A stretch of DNA of 64,000 nucleotides, taken from assembly GCA_000002445.1 (NCBI GenBank), contig CM000208.1:2816001-2880000 (forward strand), given 5' to 3'. The notes below the pieces were generated by a model. The model was not told the DNA's origin. It did not search any database and was given only the letters and a program-made list of their open reading frames with translations. The stretch comes from Trypanosoma brucei (Eukaryota). The position numbers and the translations under genes are program-made. Below are positions 8,861 through 19,840 of the stretch, piece by piece. Each line of letters opens with the position of its first letter. The first letter of the stretch is position 1.

Positions 8861-10461
8861 ATGAGAAGCGCGCAGTTCCCACTTGCAGCAATACCGCCCC
8901 CACCACCATCAGCAGCAGTCCCACAACCACCAATGGCAGCAGTCCCGCAACCACCAATGGCAGCAGTCCCGCAACCTCCAATGGCAACAGTCCCGCAACC
9001 ACCAATGGCAGCAGTCCCACAACCACCATCAGCAGCAGTCCCACAACCACCAATGGCAGCAGTCCCGCAACCACCAATGGCAGCAGTCCCACAACCACCA
9101 TCAGCAGCAGTCCCGCAACCACCAATGGCAGCAGTCCCGCAACCACCAATGGCAGCAGTCCCGCAACCTCCAATGGCAGCAGTCCCGCAACCTCCAATGG
9201 CAACAGTCCCGCAACCACCAAGGCAGCAGTCCCACAACCGCCAATGGCAGCAGTCCCACAACCACCATTGGCAGCAGTCCCACAACCACCAATGGCAGCA
9301 GTCCCACAACCTCCAATGGCAGCAGTCCCACAACCACCAATGGCAGCAGTCCCACAACCACCAATGGCAGCAGTCCCACAACCACCAATGGCAGCAGTCC
9401 CACAACCACCATCAGCAGCAGTCCCACAACCACCATCAGCAGCAGTCCCGCAACCACCAATGGCAGCAGTCCCGCAACCACCAATGGCAGCAGTCCCACA
9501 ACCACCATCAGCAGCAGTCCCACAACCACCAATGGCAGCAGTCCCACAACCACCAATGGCAGCAGTCCCACAACCTCCAATGGCAGCAGTCCCACAACCA
9601 CCAATGGCAGCAGTCCCACAACCTCCAATGGCAGCAGTCCCACAACCACCAATGGCAGCAGTCCCACAACCACCAATGGCAGCAGTCCCGCAACCTCCAA
9701 TGGCAGCAGTCCCGCAACCTCCAATGGCAGCAGTCCCGCAACCTCCAATGGCAGCAGTCCCACAACCACCAAAGGCAGCAGTCCCACAACCACCAATGGC
9801 AGCAGTCCCGCAACCACCAATGGCAGCAGCGCGACAGTCACCGCTGGTGGTGGCCCCGGCGTGCCCACCAACTTCCGATGGGCTAAATGCTACTGATGGC
9901 ACGGGTAGTGGATTATCAAAAAGTCTTGTAATACCATCTGCTGCCGGGGGGTTGGCAGTATCATTGTCCGAGACTCAGCAAACTCGTGGATACGGAAGAG
10001 AAACGGAGGAGATTTTTTCAGGTAACCACCCCACTAGCAACCCCAATTTACTGTCTCATTCACCTTTGCTTGCAGGTCTTCCTTCCTGGAACATCCCAAG
10101 TGCTTCAAGTTCTACTTGGGCGGGGTCGACAGTAACTCAAGTCTTTGTGCCCCAGCTGGATGCTGTCCCAGCGCGCAGCGTCATCTTACCGACTGCGGTG
10201 TGGTTTGACGACAGACTAGAGCGTGTAGTTGTTCCTCGAGTGAATGCCACTTCTTCGGTGCCAAAGGGATTACAAGAGGAAGGTTCTAGGCAGCGGTTAA
10301 AGCCGTCATTCAAACGAGTGAAGGACAAATACCTCTGGCGGCTGCCACCGTCGAAAGAGGGTATAGCAAGTGAGTTGTGGCGTGGAGTTTACTGGAAGCA
10401 TGTTGATGTGCATCGTTACGTTTCCAGGCGGTATTTTGGGGGACCGCCACCGGTTGAATAA
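8861..10461 (+). CDS. proline-rich repeat protein with about 38 copies of a 24-bp repeat encoding (M/S)AAVPQPP; frame interrupted by a 1-nt deletion near 9222
   Basis: ATG at 8861 follows a normal intergenic region and opens MRSAQFPLAAIPPPPPSAAVPQPP.... Near 9217-9231 the repeat reads ccaccaaggcagcag instead of ccaccaatggcagcag. This shifts the reading frame into that of track ORF 9244..10461, which carries the unique C-terminal domain ending ...RRYFGGPPPVE. The gene is therefore either a pseudogene or, more likely, carries an assembly or sequencing indel within the repeat array. Confidence 0.5.
8897..9830. repeat. 24-bp in-frame tandem repeat array of about 38 units
   Basis: Units are gcagcagtcccacaaccaccaatg and variants (ccgcaa/ccacaa, cct/cca, atg/tca). 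It is coding on + only. The long minus-strand and alternate-frame ORFs 8841..9902, 8845..9405, 8883..9896, 9101..9871 and 9508..9813 are artefacts of this array. Confidence 0.9.
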
Positions 10462-10796
10462 CACTAGCTGTAGCCGAAGATGTGTTACTTGTTCATCGTT
10501 TCTTTTGTTTGTTGCTGAAAAGTTATCTGAGTGATCAAAGCATAGGTTGATTGCTGTTTTCTGTGTTTTTGTCTTCCTGTGAACTCCCACATCCTCGTGC
10601 AGTCGCTTCTTCACACCTCTTCTGGGGAGTTGACTTCCCTTTAAGTGCCCAGTAGTATCGTGGAGGTCTGTGTTTCGTAAGTCTCTGTCTTCAGGGTGTT
10701 AACGACATATAAATACATGTACGTGAGTATTGCCTAGAAGTGAACGACGATTTTAATTACATATTAACATATTCCAGAGTGTAATCAGGCTCTGGG

Positions 10797-11729
10797 ATGC
10801 TGCGCCACACATCACGGAACAATGCTTTGCACGCATTTGTTCGCTCACCGCATTACCGAACTATTCCGAGCGCTGGACCAAATGGGATTGTTGTCAACCG
10901 AGATATGCTCGTTCACCAGTTCAGAGACTTCTACAAAACACTTCAACATTGCTCTCTTGTCGACAAAGTCCATTTGATGTCCGAGAGACCCTCGGTAGAA
11001 GCACTACGGGTAGCGGACCAAATGGTTTCCATCGGTGCCACATTTTTAGAGATGCCACTGACAGGTATGGAACATCGCGCGACAGAATTTATGGAGTCAA
11101 TGCGGTATGTTCGTGGTGCTGGTGGACCCTCTACTCTTGCCTCGTACTTGCAAGATACGGAGAATTGCCGGTGTAATAGCGGCGATGTGGTGTGTTTACC
11201 GAATGGCATAGCAGTTGGCCACGGTCCGAGAACAAACGCAGTGGCTCATACTACGCTGAAACAATTGTTCGAAGTGAAAGATGACCAATTTTCTTTTGAT
11301 GTCTTCACTTTAGAACAGGAGGGTGATGCGCCACCGCTTGGGGACTATTTCGGTTTTGCTGGGAGCAACGTATTACTCACTTGGAAAGATGAGCACGGTT
11401 TACTTGCTGTAGATCAATACCAACAGAAACAGCCCCACACGGAGATGAATGTAGTTTATCTTGAACCTGGTTGCCATTTTTTATCTTTCTATGGTGTCGA
11501 CCACACGATAGATGTTTTAGTTCAGAAGGGCTACGAACGCTCAATGGACAGCATTGCTGCTGCGGGTTTGAATCCTATTCCTGTTCAGTGGTCGGAGATG
11601 GACAAACTTGGGATATCGATGAGGGCCGCAGTTCTTCCACTTAAATTCTTCAAGGCGAATGTTGGTGGCATGTTGTCGAGGAACAAGAGTCGTGGAGCCC
11701 GATGGCAGACGCATCAACTGCAGAAATAA
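10797..11729 (+). CDS. conserved hypothetical protein
   Basis: ATG start, 310 aa, coding-like composition, with a pyrimidine-rich tract upstream. I cannot assign a family. A weak resemblance to the amidinotransferase/DDAH fold is not supportable without a search. Confidence 0.5.
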   Translation: MLRHTSRNNALHAFVRSPHYRTIPSAGPNGIVVNRDMLVHQFRDFYKTLQHCSLVDKVHLMSERPSVEALRVADQMVSIGATFLEMPLTGMEHRATEFMESMRYVRGAGGPSTLASYLQDTENCRCNSGDVVCLPNGIAVGHGPRTNAVAHTTLKQLFEVKDDQFSFDVFTLEQEGDAPPLGDYFGFAGSNVLLTWKDEHGLLAVDQYQQKQPHTEMNVVYLEPGCHFLSFYGVDHTIDVLVQKGYERSMDSIAAAGLNPIPVQWSEMDKLGISMRAAVLPLKFFKANVGGMLSRNKSRGARWQTHQLQK

Positions 11730-12391
11730 TGGCTGAGGAGACTGTTTGTAGTTTAGCGCGTGCGTGTATGTGTGTGCTCATGGTTGTGGTTAGTACACAA
11801 GAGGGAACATGATGGCAAAGAAGGGCATTTGTTATTCAAAGCAAACCACGAACGTATCAGATCGAATAAACACAGTTCATTTCAGTCACTTTTATCTTGG
11901 GTAACTAACAATTTCATTGAAAGCGGCATGGCTACACATTTGTTTGTGTAGTCCAGTGGGGGAGACATACAAGTTGGGAAAGTTAAGGCATCGATGATGG
12001 CTCTGATTTTAAGCTTTTTTTGTGCCGACCTTGTTATGGACTTGCCACGTTACTGCTGATTGCTGTCAGTTATTGATGTAAGGAAAGGGAGAGTATTTTT
12101 CTTTGTGAAGGTACGTGACCTCTCTGGCTCTGCATTCCCCCTTATTGTTTCTCCTCCTTCTGTTTCGTCACTCGTTGCGTGACACACTTAGGGTGCCGGC
12201 TCGCTCACCTTCATACCCTTTCTCTGGTGTGGCGGGGGCCAATAAAGGGAGCTGTCGGCCGGGCTTGCATTAGCCGAGGGAAAGGGCAAAGGAAGACGCC
12301 CACATTGGTATTCGCAGTACCCTTGAGGTGGCTTCCTTTTAAGAGAAGGACGGGGTGAGTACCAGGCGTGCGCTGGGGAAGCAAGGCAGGT

Positions 12392-14521
12392 ATGACAATA
12401 AGCAGCCCGTGCAACCACGAATATCACCTATGGACCCTCTTCAAACTGCATTCAAAACCTCTTGGTGCTGTGACTAGTGGGGCTCATCACGGACGTTACC
12501 TGACGGAGGATGGTTTTCGGGCCATTGTAGATTCCCTCGTCGGTATGGGTCTACTAGACGGGGGCCACGTGGCAGAAAGGGAGGGAACTGAGAGCAGGAG
12601 TGACAAGAGCGTGGGCGCCGTTGTTTTGTATGGTGAGGTCGAAATTGCAACTGTGCCTTCTACCTCACCTCGTGCAAATGCGTCCACCGAGAGTGCTGGA
12701 GTTTCTGGTGAGGATGCGTTAGAGAGGGTGGATATCAGTCTGAGCATGGACTCGGCCCCTATCTGTTCCTTACCGCACCCAAACGTTGTTATCTCTGAGG
12801 TGGTTCCCCCGGTACGATTACAATCCGAAACCAAATCTTTTGGTGACACCATTGTGCCAGATGCGGAGAGCCATGCGACTGCGGAATTACCGGCTTCGCC
12901 CTGGCAGGTGGACAAGGCGGAGCCTGAGGGGAGCGGGTGGAAGCAGGGGATGGAACCTAGGGAGGACACCGTTCACAGAGGTGTTCACGGAATGCGTATG
13001 CCCTCTGACAATGGCAACCGACATCAGTTGCCAGAGAACATGACAGAAAGGTCGAAGGAGCAAGTGCAGAACACCGATGTTCGACGACGCTTGGTTGATA
13101 GTTATGTGTCTGGCGACTCCCGACAGTCGCAGAAGTGTGTGCAGTGGACTAGACGTGGCGGAGCCGTGTACCCCAATAACCACCTACGAAGTGGAGTTGA
13201 GGGTGAAACGTCTTCCTTTAATGGCACTGGCCTTGACGCTGTAATATCACTTGTGAAGTCTGACAAGACTTCGTGCTTCTCTGATATGGCATTAGACTCG
13301 GCGGCGCTGGACCAGCTACTTCCAAGAAGCGTCGAAAACGATGCGTTAGATAAAGCCAATGATAACATGTTTGTGATGATTGAGGAGGCGGCGGCACAAC
13401 AAGATTCTCTTCACGGTTTCTCACGTGTGAAGTTCTTTCCGGCTGAAAATACCGCGAATAGGCCTGACATTAGAAATCGCGGTCCACGTTTATCGACGCC
13501 ACCGCGTCGTCCTAGAAACCCGGCAGTGATTCTTCCATCTCCCCATGTATCGATCACCGATGAAAGGTATAAGAGGCCAGGTGCGTCACCGAGGCCGTCG
13601 CAATCATCTTTCAGGTCACCGCGCCTTTCCCCTAATAATAGAGGTTCTTCTGTCCGTTTTCATCCATCTACAAGCTTCCAGACTCCAGTCGGTAGACACG
13701 GCGGGGAGGGAACTGGTGACGGACTGGCCGCTGCTGCGACCAAGACCGGTACCCGAGGCGCCGCTTTCGTGGGTCCACGAGCATCAATGGATGAAGAAAG
13801 GACGGCGTTATCAGAGGATGTGAATACTGACGAGAGAAGACAAGTTCAGCAGCTGATGCCCAGACGATCTATCAATACCAGTGGTAGCGGAAGTTGTGGG
13901 TACACCTCGAGAGGCAGCGAAGGATTTCCACAACCTCCGGGGCGCCGCATGGTTGGCGGAGTTACCTCGTTAGAGTCCGCGCAGCCCAGACACCTGCCAC
14001 GGAACGCCGTGGGTTCAACACAAGACGGAATGGGCATGGGGTCGGCTGTGGCCTTACCGCAGTACCGGAGAAAAGCATTACTCACATCGGATGCAACGTC
14101 GGCCGATCACACCTTTGGGGAATGGAGCTCCCTGAGCCCCCAAGGAGTCATGCACCATGGTGCGTGTGCCCCTTTCCGAGGTTCCAACACAAATAGTTCA
14201 CTCAGCGGTGGGCAAGGAAGCGGGACAATGACGAGTGACCCACGAAGATTTGTTGCGAGACCTGCTGTGGGACCCACGGCACCACTGCCACTTCTATTGG
14301 GGCCCCGTGGCCGACGCCGCAGCGCATCAGTTCCATGTTGCCCTCACGGCACGGAGCCTTCGCCACGACCGCCAAGGTCGCTCTCGAAACGTGCCCGTCT
14401 TCGTGCCGAGCGGAAGTGGAGGCCGATGGAGCCACCCGCTGTCCCCCACACAAGAGCCCGCAGTTGGGGTTTCCGTGCCGGAGGAAATGTTACGGCACCG
14501 CTAATCCCAACCTGGGAGTAG
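12392..14521 (+). CDS. hypothetical Ser/Pro/Arg-rich low-complexity protein
   Basis: The track ORF starts with GTG at 12368; the first in-frame ATG is at 12392, giving ~709 aa. It is the longest ORF in the region and the only one with coding-like composition. The C-terminal half is highly S/P/R/G-rich (RPRNPAVILPSPHVS ... SPRPSQSSFRSPRLSPNNRGSS). Confidence 0.45.
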   Translation: MTISSPCNHEYHLWTLFKLHSKPLGAVTSGAHHGRYLTEDGFRAIVDSLVGMGLLDGGHVAEREGTESRSDKSVGAVVLYGEVEIATVPSTSPRANASTESAGVSGEDALERVDISLSMDSAPICSLPHPNVVISEVVPPVRLQSETKSFGDTIVPDAESHATAELPASPWQVDKAEPEGSGWKQGMEPREDTVHRGVHGMRMPSDNGNRHQLPENMTERSKEQVQNTDVRRRLVDSYVSGDSRQSQKCVQWTRRGGAVYPNNHLRSGVEGETSSFNGTGLDAVISLVKSDKTSCFSDMALDSAALDQLLPRSVENDALDKANDNMFVMIEEAAAQQDSLHGFSRVKFFPAENTANRPDIRNRGPRLSTPPRRPRNPAVILPSPHVSITDERYKRPGASPRPSQSSFRSPRLSPNNRGSSVRFHPSTSFQTPVGRHGGEGTGDGLAAAATKTGTRGAAFVGPRASMDEERTALSEDVNTDERRQVQQLMPRRSINTSGSGSCGYTSRGSEGFPQPPGRRMVGGVTSLESAQPRHLPRNAVGSTQDGMGMGSAVALPQYRRKALLTSDATSADHTFGEWSSLSPQGVMHHGACAPFRGSNTNSSLSGGQGSGTMTSDPRRFVARPAVGPTAPLPLLLGPRGRRRSASVPCCPHGTEPSPRPPRSLSKRARLRAERKWRPMEPPAVPHTRARSWGFRAGGNVTAPLIPTWE

Positions 14522-15250
14522 CCGAAGTTTTCTGCCCAAATGGGGGAAAAGAATCGGTGTGTGTGTGTGTATGTATGGGGAGACATTGCCTGGGAAAATA
14601 CGCGAATGTTATGGCAGCTGCTGCAACGCGAGTAACTTTGAAAAGTTATAGAAAACAGGGACAATATGTTGTAATCATGCTACTTTGTCCTTCGGCTCCT
14701 ACGAGCAAAGAACTGACCCTCCTCGTTCCTGCCGGACAGTTGGCCATTGTGCTATCCGTACGTGTCGGGCACCGTCGAATCCGGCTCCTTGCATCACAGT
14801 AGCTGTTCTTTCTATATATATTTTTGCTCTTGCTACCGAATAGATGATGGAACTTCAACGTAAAGGCGTGAAAGGGCCAGCGGCTATGGGATGTGGTGCA
14901 TCCCATTAGGCTGGAATACGCAAGTGTACCCTTTTGTACTGTGTCGGATTGTAGTTGCTACGTACCCATATCCTAAAGAGTTTCAAATTATTTTCCATAT
15001 TTTACTCTCTCCAGGAAGCCAATGGAATTCTCATTTGGGCTTCTATTATTACCCTTTGATTTTTGAGACTGTTGACACCCTGTGACATTGCTTATATGTA
15101 TGTATTAACTGTGTGAGCAAGCATGCCCCCCCCTCGTGATGTATAGCAATACATTTGCATGTATAATCGACGTTATGTTGTAACCAGTTTTCTATGTAAA
15201 GTTCTACTGATTTCCTCATCGGTTATCCTGAAAGGGAAGCCTCGTTAGAG

Positions 15251-16201
15251 ATGGTGGTGGGACACCGGGTTCTCACAACTGCCCCGCGGCAGTCTAGTTA
15301 CACTAGGGTTGGGTTGGTGAGACCAGCTCTTCTCAGTTTATCTGTCACCAGTGTTTCTACCGTGCAATACGTGGGGGATGGTGCGTGTTCGTATTGCTGC
15401 TGCAGTAGGCGTTACATTCGCACCATCATCACACCACGCCCTGCTGTTACTACACTTGTATACATTGACAAGTATGGACGGCCGGTTCGAAATGGAACGG
15501 AGACGGATGTTTCACTGATACGCACTCGAGACAACCAATTTTACCTGCAACGCGTGCTGCCCGGCGGGGAGGTGATACGCTGGCGTGCCCCTGGGCTAGA
15601 CCATCTGAAGCATGTTACCAACTTTGAGACGTACAACCTTAATGAGATTGACGAGTATGGTGGGGTTATAATCCCGGCTGGTGTGATGCCTACAACACCC
15701 AACGACCCCCCGAGTTATCACGATGCGGTGTATTACATTAACCGCATGGAGGCCACGGAAAAGATCACTCGCAAGACCAGACGCCGCTGGCACCGCCGCC
15801 TCTATGCCCATTGGAAGGAGAGCCCAGATAAATTCTTTAACTACTCCATAAGCGCCTACGGGGTTCCGTTCATTGTACTCTTGTGGTTAACCATCCGTGG
15901 TTTTCACAGCATAAAGAACAACAAACCATTCTGGGACGTTAATGTGTATGGAAAAACAGATGAGGAGTCCGATGCACGCGACCCTTGGCTGCGGCTGATG
16001 CGGTTCTCAGACCGCCACCCCGAGCACGAGGGGCTTGACCTGACTGTCACAATGATGTCCCCAGGACAGTCGCGGCTGTCAAACTCTCGTGCAGAGCTGC
16101 GGGAGTCGGACTTTACGGACCCACATTTTCACAGTGAGTTGTGGTGGAAGCTACGGCACGTGCGGTACTACGGGCACTGGCCAAAGGGCTTGTCGGAGTA
16201 A
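15251..16201 (+). CDS. hypothetical protein with one predicted transmembrane helix and a PPSY motif
   Basis: ATG start, 316 aa. Hydrophobic stretch YGVPFIVLLWLTIRGF. PPxY-type motif NDPPSYHD. No recognisable family. Confidence 0.45.
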   Translation: MVVGHRVLTTAPRQSSYTRVGLVRPALLSLSVTSVSTVQYVGDGACSYCCCSRRYIRTIITPRPAVTTLVYIDKYGRPVRNGTETDVSLIRTRDNQFYLQRVLPGGEVIRWRAPGLDHLKHVTNFETYNLNEIDEYGGVIIPAGVMPTTPNDPPSYHDAVYYINRMEATEKITRKTRRRWHRRLYAHWKESPDKFFNYSISAYGVPFIVLLWLTIRGFHSIKNNKPFWDVNVYGKTDEESDARDPWLRLMRFSDRHPEHEGLDLTVTMMSPGQSRLSNSRAELRESDFTDPHFHSELWWKLRHVRYYGHWPKGLSE

Positions 16202-16793
16202 GTAAAGGTGATGGTGATTTATTGTGAAAACAGAGACAATGCCGGTAGTGTGCGCAGAGGAAGGCACACAAGAGGGGAGAAAAACTGGGCAAGGGGAAGT
16301 CATCTCATTTATCGTTTGTAGTTGTTAATCAGCTTGCATTTGCTTTGTTACGCATGCAGTTGCATCCGGGAATCCTCCTCCTGAGTCAAATGCAGTCAAG
16401 CAGGTACACACGGGGCAGCGAAGGTAATAGGGTGAAAATTGTAACTGCCATCGTCTTTTTGTTGCTTACCATCATTTTTTTTTTTGTGGATGGAGGTCTG
16501 CACTACTTCATGAGTGTTTGCACTGGCTCACATTGGCAAAAGGATGATTTTCCTTCCAATGCTTTCATTCTTTCCCTTTGAATCATCTCCTTCATTTGAG
16601 ATCATCATTCCCCTTTCTTTTACCGCTCCCTACACGCTCGTCCCACTGCCATCACTCCATATTCTGACTTCCACGTGGTTAAGAGCGGTATGTATGAATA
16701 TATAGTTTTTGCTTTCACACCTCTTCCCCGGCATCTTTACCTTTTTCTATTGTGTGTGAAGTATCCTGTTTTGTTTCCCAATTGCTTTCAGAA

Positions 16794-17297
16794 ATGACCC
16801 AAAACATTATTCGTCGCATCTTTGGCAATCGTGAACTGCCGGAGAACCTTAGCGGTAGCGAGTACGAGCGCTACATGCAGGAAAACTTTCCCAAGTGGAT
16901 TGATGAGTTTGAAAAGGGCGGGTTTCTTGAGGCAACAAAACTCCCAGCCATAAAGAGTGAGAGGGATTTCTTGAGCAAACTCATTGAACACAAAGACGAA
17001 ATTATGGTGGTTAAGTACTGGAAGCACGGATGCATCCCGTGCCTCTCATTGGCGGAAATGTACAAACAGGTATCGGAGCAATGCAAAAAAGAAAACCGCC
17101 GTATTGCGTGGTACAGTGTGAATACAAAAGATGTTAGCGCGCGATCGTTAGTTGACTACCAACTCGTTAACGGAACCCCCACAGTCCAGACATTCAGTAG
17201 GATGAAACAGGTGGGTAAAGAAATTCGAGCAATAAGTGCGGAGGAGCTAATGAGGGAGCTTTCTTTACGCGAGGCTGCTCTGAATACAGAGAGTTAG
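16794..17297 (+). CDS. thioredoxin-fold protein with a CxxC (HGCIPC) active-site-like motif
   Basis: The track ORF starts with GTG at 16752; the first in-frame ATG is at 16794. VVKYWKHGCIPCLSLAEMYKQV matches the thioredoxin W-C-x-x-C region (canonical VVDFWAEWCGPCK). A long pyrimidine-rich tract lies upstream at 16560-16790. Confidence 0.55.
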   Translation: MTQNIIRRIFGNRELPENLSGSEYERYMQENFPKWIDEFEKGGFLEATKLPAIKSERDFLSKLIEHKDEIMVVKYWKHGCIPCLSLAEMYKQVSEQCKKENRRIAWYSVNTKDVSARSLVDYQLVNGTPTVQTFSRMKQVGKEIRAISAEELMRELSLREAALNTES

Positions 17298-17644
17298 GTT
17301 GAATGGAGGAGACCACTCTTCCCCATGTCTTTTCCTTACGGAAAGGCTCTGATCTTCACACGAAATCAAACTGTTCTTTTTTAGGAAGTAACGGTGGCAC
17401 ATAGTAGGCGGCGTTATGTATGGATGTCGTCCTGATATTGTCCCTGGTTGCACTGTTCGGAACACACCCCCACCTCTCATCTTCTACCTCTGTGCCCTTT
17501 TAGCTCAACAGTCAGGACACAATTCGTGTCGTTATGGACAGGGTGGTCAAATTTTCACACACATATGTATATATATATATATATTCCTTGCATTTTCCCT
17601 TTTCCCTGGGTTAGATACGCTCTTCGGAGCTGTGACGTTAATAA

Positions 17645-19099
17645 ATGGAAGGGGCCGCTGGAGGGCATGACAATAGAAACGCTTCCACGAAAAGTTTGAC
17701 AGCATGGCAAACTAATTTGGAGGAAGAGAAGTGTGCACTCCTATCAGCGGTAGGAAGCGCTGACGGCAAGCAGAATGAGGAATGTGAGGAAGCCGTTATG
17801 TTCCCGGGAGGAGGATGTAATGTTGTCAGCGCTGTTAATGGCGCGCCCGCTATCAGTGTTTTCCCAGCTAAGGTGGGTTACTTTGGTTATTATTTTGCTC
17901 TTGGGTCCGTTATCGCCTTTTACGGTGTCATTTTCACATCGAAAGGTATGAGCCCAAGCCACATTGGACTGCTGCTGTCGTTCACACCTCTAGCAAATAC
18001 CGTGCTTTTCCCTACCGTCACGTACATAGCCGATCGTTTTCAGTGTTCGAGTCACATTCTTGTAATGTGTTGCATCGCAAGCTCATTTTTCACTGCTGTC
18101 TTTTTGCTGAGCAACACAACCGTGGCAGCGCTCATCTCGTTTCACTTACTTGTGGTGACCCGATCCCCTATTAGCCCACTTCTGGATCAGCATACACTTT
18201 CCATATTCCCTAAGGAGGGGAGAGTAAAGGATTGGGGGGCATTACGTTCCTTCGGAGCTCTTGGTTGGGGTGTTGGAAGTGCCGTATCTGCAACTACGGT
18301 TGATTTAACGTCCACATGGGCTTTGGCGTCTTTTTTGTTTGCGGCCGGCCAAGTGGGCGTGCTCTACTGTGTTTTAAGGTCGAAGCCATATGAAGTGGTG
18401 GAGAGGACCCCGATGCAATTTCATGAGGTGTTTCTTTTCGTACTTCATCATAGGCGTTTACTATTGTTCCTCACTGCCTCATGTTTTATGGGCGCCGGGT
18501 TTGCACTCGTCAATAACTTTCTGTTTGTTTTCTTGGAGACCCTCGGTGGGTCAAAGGTTCTGATGGGGCTGTCGCTTGCCCTGACCGTCAGCACCGAAAT
18601 TCCCATATTTCAGAACGCTAAATACTTTCAGGAACTCTTCACCGACCGTCAGATGCTTTCGATATCTATGGCCACGTGGATGCTTCGTGTCGTTGGATAT
18701 TCTCTGTTGCAGAATCCGTGGTTGGTATTACTGCTGGAACCACTTCACGGCATCACGTTCGGTTTCACGTGGTTGCCGGGTGTGCATATTGTTAATACCG
18801 TTTTCCCGCCGAACCTCTCCAACTCTGCAACGGGGTTTCTATATTTCTTTGTCAACGGCATCGGACCGATTACTGGCAGCGTTCTTGGGGGGGCCATCTA
18901 TGAGTGGCTGGGACCTAGGGTTATGTTCCGAGCCGCCGCGTTTGTTGTCTTTTGTGTGCTTGTCTTATTCGTATTTCTCGATCGATACCTTGAAAAAGAA
19001 GAAGCAGTTTCTGCTACCGCTGGCGACACTTTGGCTTGCACGACCGATGCTGTTGTCGCAGGAGAAGTGCGGCTTTCTGGTGAAAGCGAGAGGTGCTAG
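17645..19099 (+). CDS. polytopic membrane protein, major-facilitator-superfamily-like transporter
   Basis: ATG start, 484 aa. About 11-12 hydrophobic helices arranged as two 6-helix halves around a central charged loop (RSKPYEVVERTPMQFHE). A G-x-x-x-G-rich helix and conserved R/K at helix ends suggest an MFS layout. Assigned by inference without profile search. Confidence 0.55.
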   Translation: MEGAAGGHDNRNASTKSLTAWQTNLEEEKCALLSAVGSADGKQNEECEEAVMFPGGGCNVVSAVNGAPAISVFPAKVGYFGYYFALGSVIAFYGVIFTSKGMSPSHIGLLLSFTPLANTVLFPTVTYIADRFQCSSHILVMCCIASSFFTAVFLLSNTTVAALISFHLLVVTRSPISPLLDQHTLSIFPKEGRVKDWGALRSFGALGWGVGSAVSATTVDLTSTWALASFLFAAGQVGVLYCVLRSKPYEVVERTPMQFHEVFLFVLHHRRLLLFLTASCFMGAGFALVNNFLFVFLETLGGSKVLMGLSLALTVSTEIPIFQNAKYFQELFTDRQMLSISMATWMLRVVGYSLLQNPWLVLLLEPLHGITFGFTWLPGVHIVNTVFPPNLSNSATGFLYFFVNGIGPITGSVLGGAIYEWLGPRVMFRAAAFVVFCVLVLFVFLDRYLEKEEAVSATAGDTLACTTDAVVAGEVRLSGESERC

Positions 19100-19372
19100 A
19101 AAACGTAAGTTTCTCACACGTTCTTCATACCGGTATCGGTAATCTAAACTATCCTATTGTTTGTGTTTCCGTTATCCCAACCCAACTGAAATACGTGGAA
19201 TGAGTGTGTGGGTTGTTGCTAGGGGCATGCATAAAACTTCGTGGCAATATGCCACCTGTGGCCCGCTGTCTCACTGTTGGGAGCTGGGTTTTTTAGGTGT
19301 GAGTTCTTCTGTACGCTGAGTTAACAAACTCCCCCTTTCCCCCTTATTATTAACCAGCCTAAATTTTATCCG

Positions 19373-19840
19373 ATGCAGGCAGTGGGTGAAACGTCCGTGT
19401 CAGGAGGATGGGCTGAAGATGAAGATTATCTACTCGGCGCCCGTTCCTGCGGGGATGGGGCGACCGTACCACTGAACATCGCCCATGTTCACCAGTCTGC
19501 GACTACCCAAAGGCGACGGGAGTTCTCTGAAATATTTTCTGTTGGTAACTCTATGAGGATGCACTCGGACTCTCCCGTTGCAAGTAGCATTGACACATGT
19601 TTAATTGGATCTTCAGGAGAGGAACGTCTTTCTCCCACTGTGGCAGACGATCAACGTGTTTTGGAATGCTTAGCTTCTATTGCATACCTAGTGGGGTCAC
19701 CACTTCAGCGCTCACAACCCACAGCCGCAGAACCAGTGCAAAAGGCGTTATGCGTTGTGAGAAAACTGCTTCAGCGCGGCGTTAACCCGGAGCAGATAAT
19801 TAACGTAATTGAGTCCCGGGACGGAGTGGGGGGGGGGTAA
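19373..19840 (+). CDS. small hypothetical protein
   Basis: ATG start, 155 aa. Sits in a gap between flanking genes on the same strand. No recognisable motif. Confidence 0.35.
   Translation: MQAVGETSVSGGWAEDEDYLLGARSCGDGATVPLNIAHVHQSATTQRRREFSEIFSVGNSMRMHSDSPVASSIDTCLIGSSGEERLSPTVADDQRVLECLASIAYLVGSPLQRSQPTAAEPVQKALCVVRKLLQRGVNPEQIINVIESRDGVGGG

Noticed and set aside
8897-9830. Regular short tandem repeats that might superficially suggest a CRISPR array
   Set aside because: The units are contiguous, with no spacers. At 24 bp and 78 bp they are multiples of 3. They are translated in-frame within eukaryotic genes. This is a kinetoplastid genome, so this is not CRISPR.
8841-9902. Long minus-strand and alternate-frame ORFs (353 aa, 256 aa, 186 aa, 101 aa, 337 aa) overlapping the proline-repeat gene, plus the similar 7107..7661 (-) and 6961..7665 (+ alternate frame) ORFs in the WD40 gene
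   Set aside because: They consist entirely of translated tandem repeats in the wrong frame or strand (GGCGTAAIGGCGTAA ..., CCHWWLWDCC ..., SHNHQWQQ ...). They have no unique termini and lie opposite to the uniform + strand gene polarity. They are repeat artefacts.
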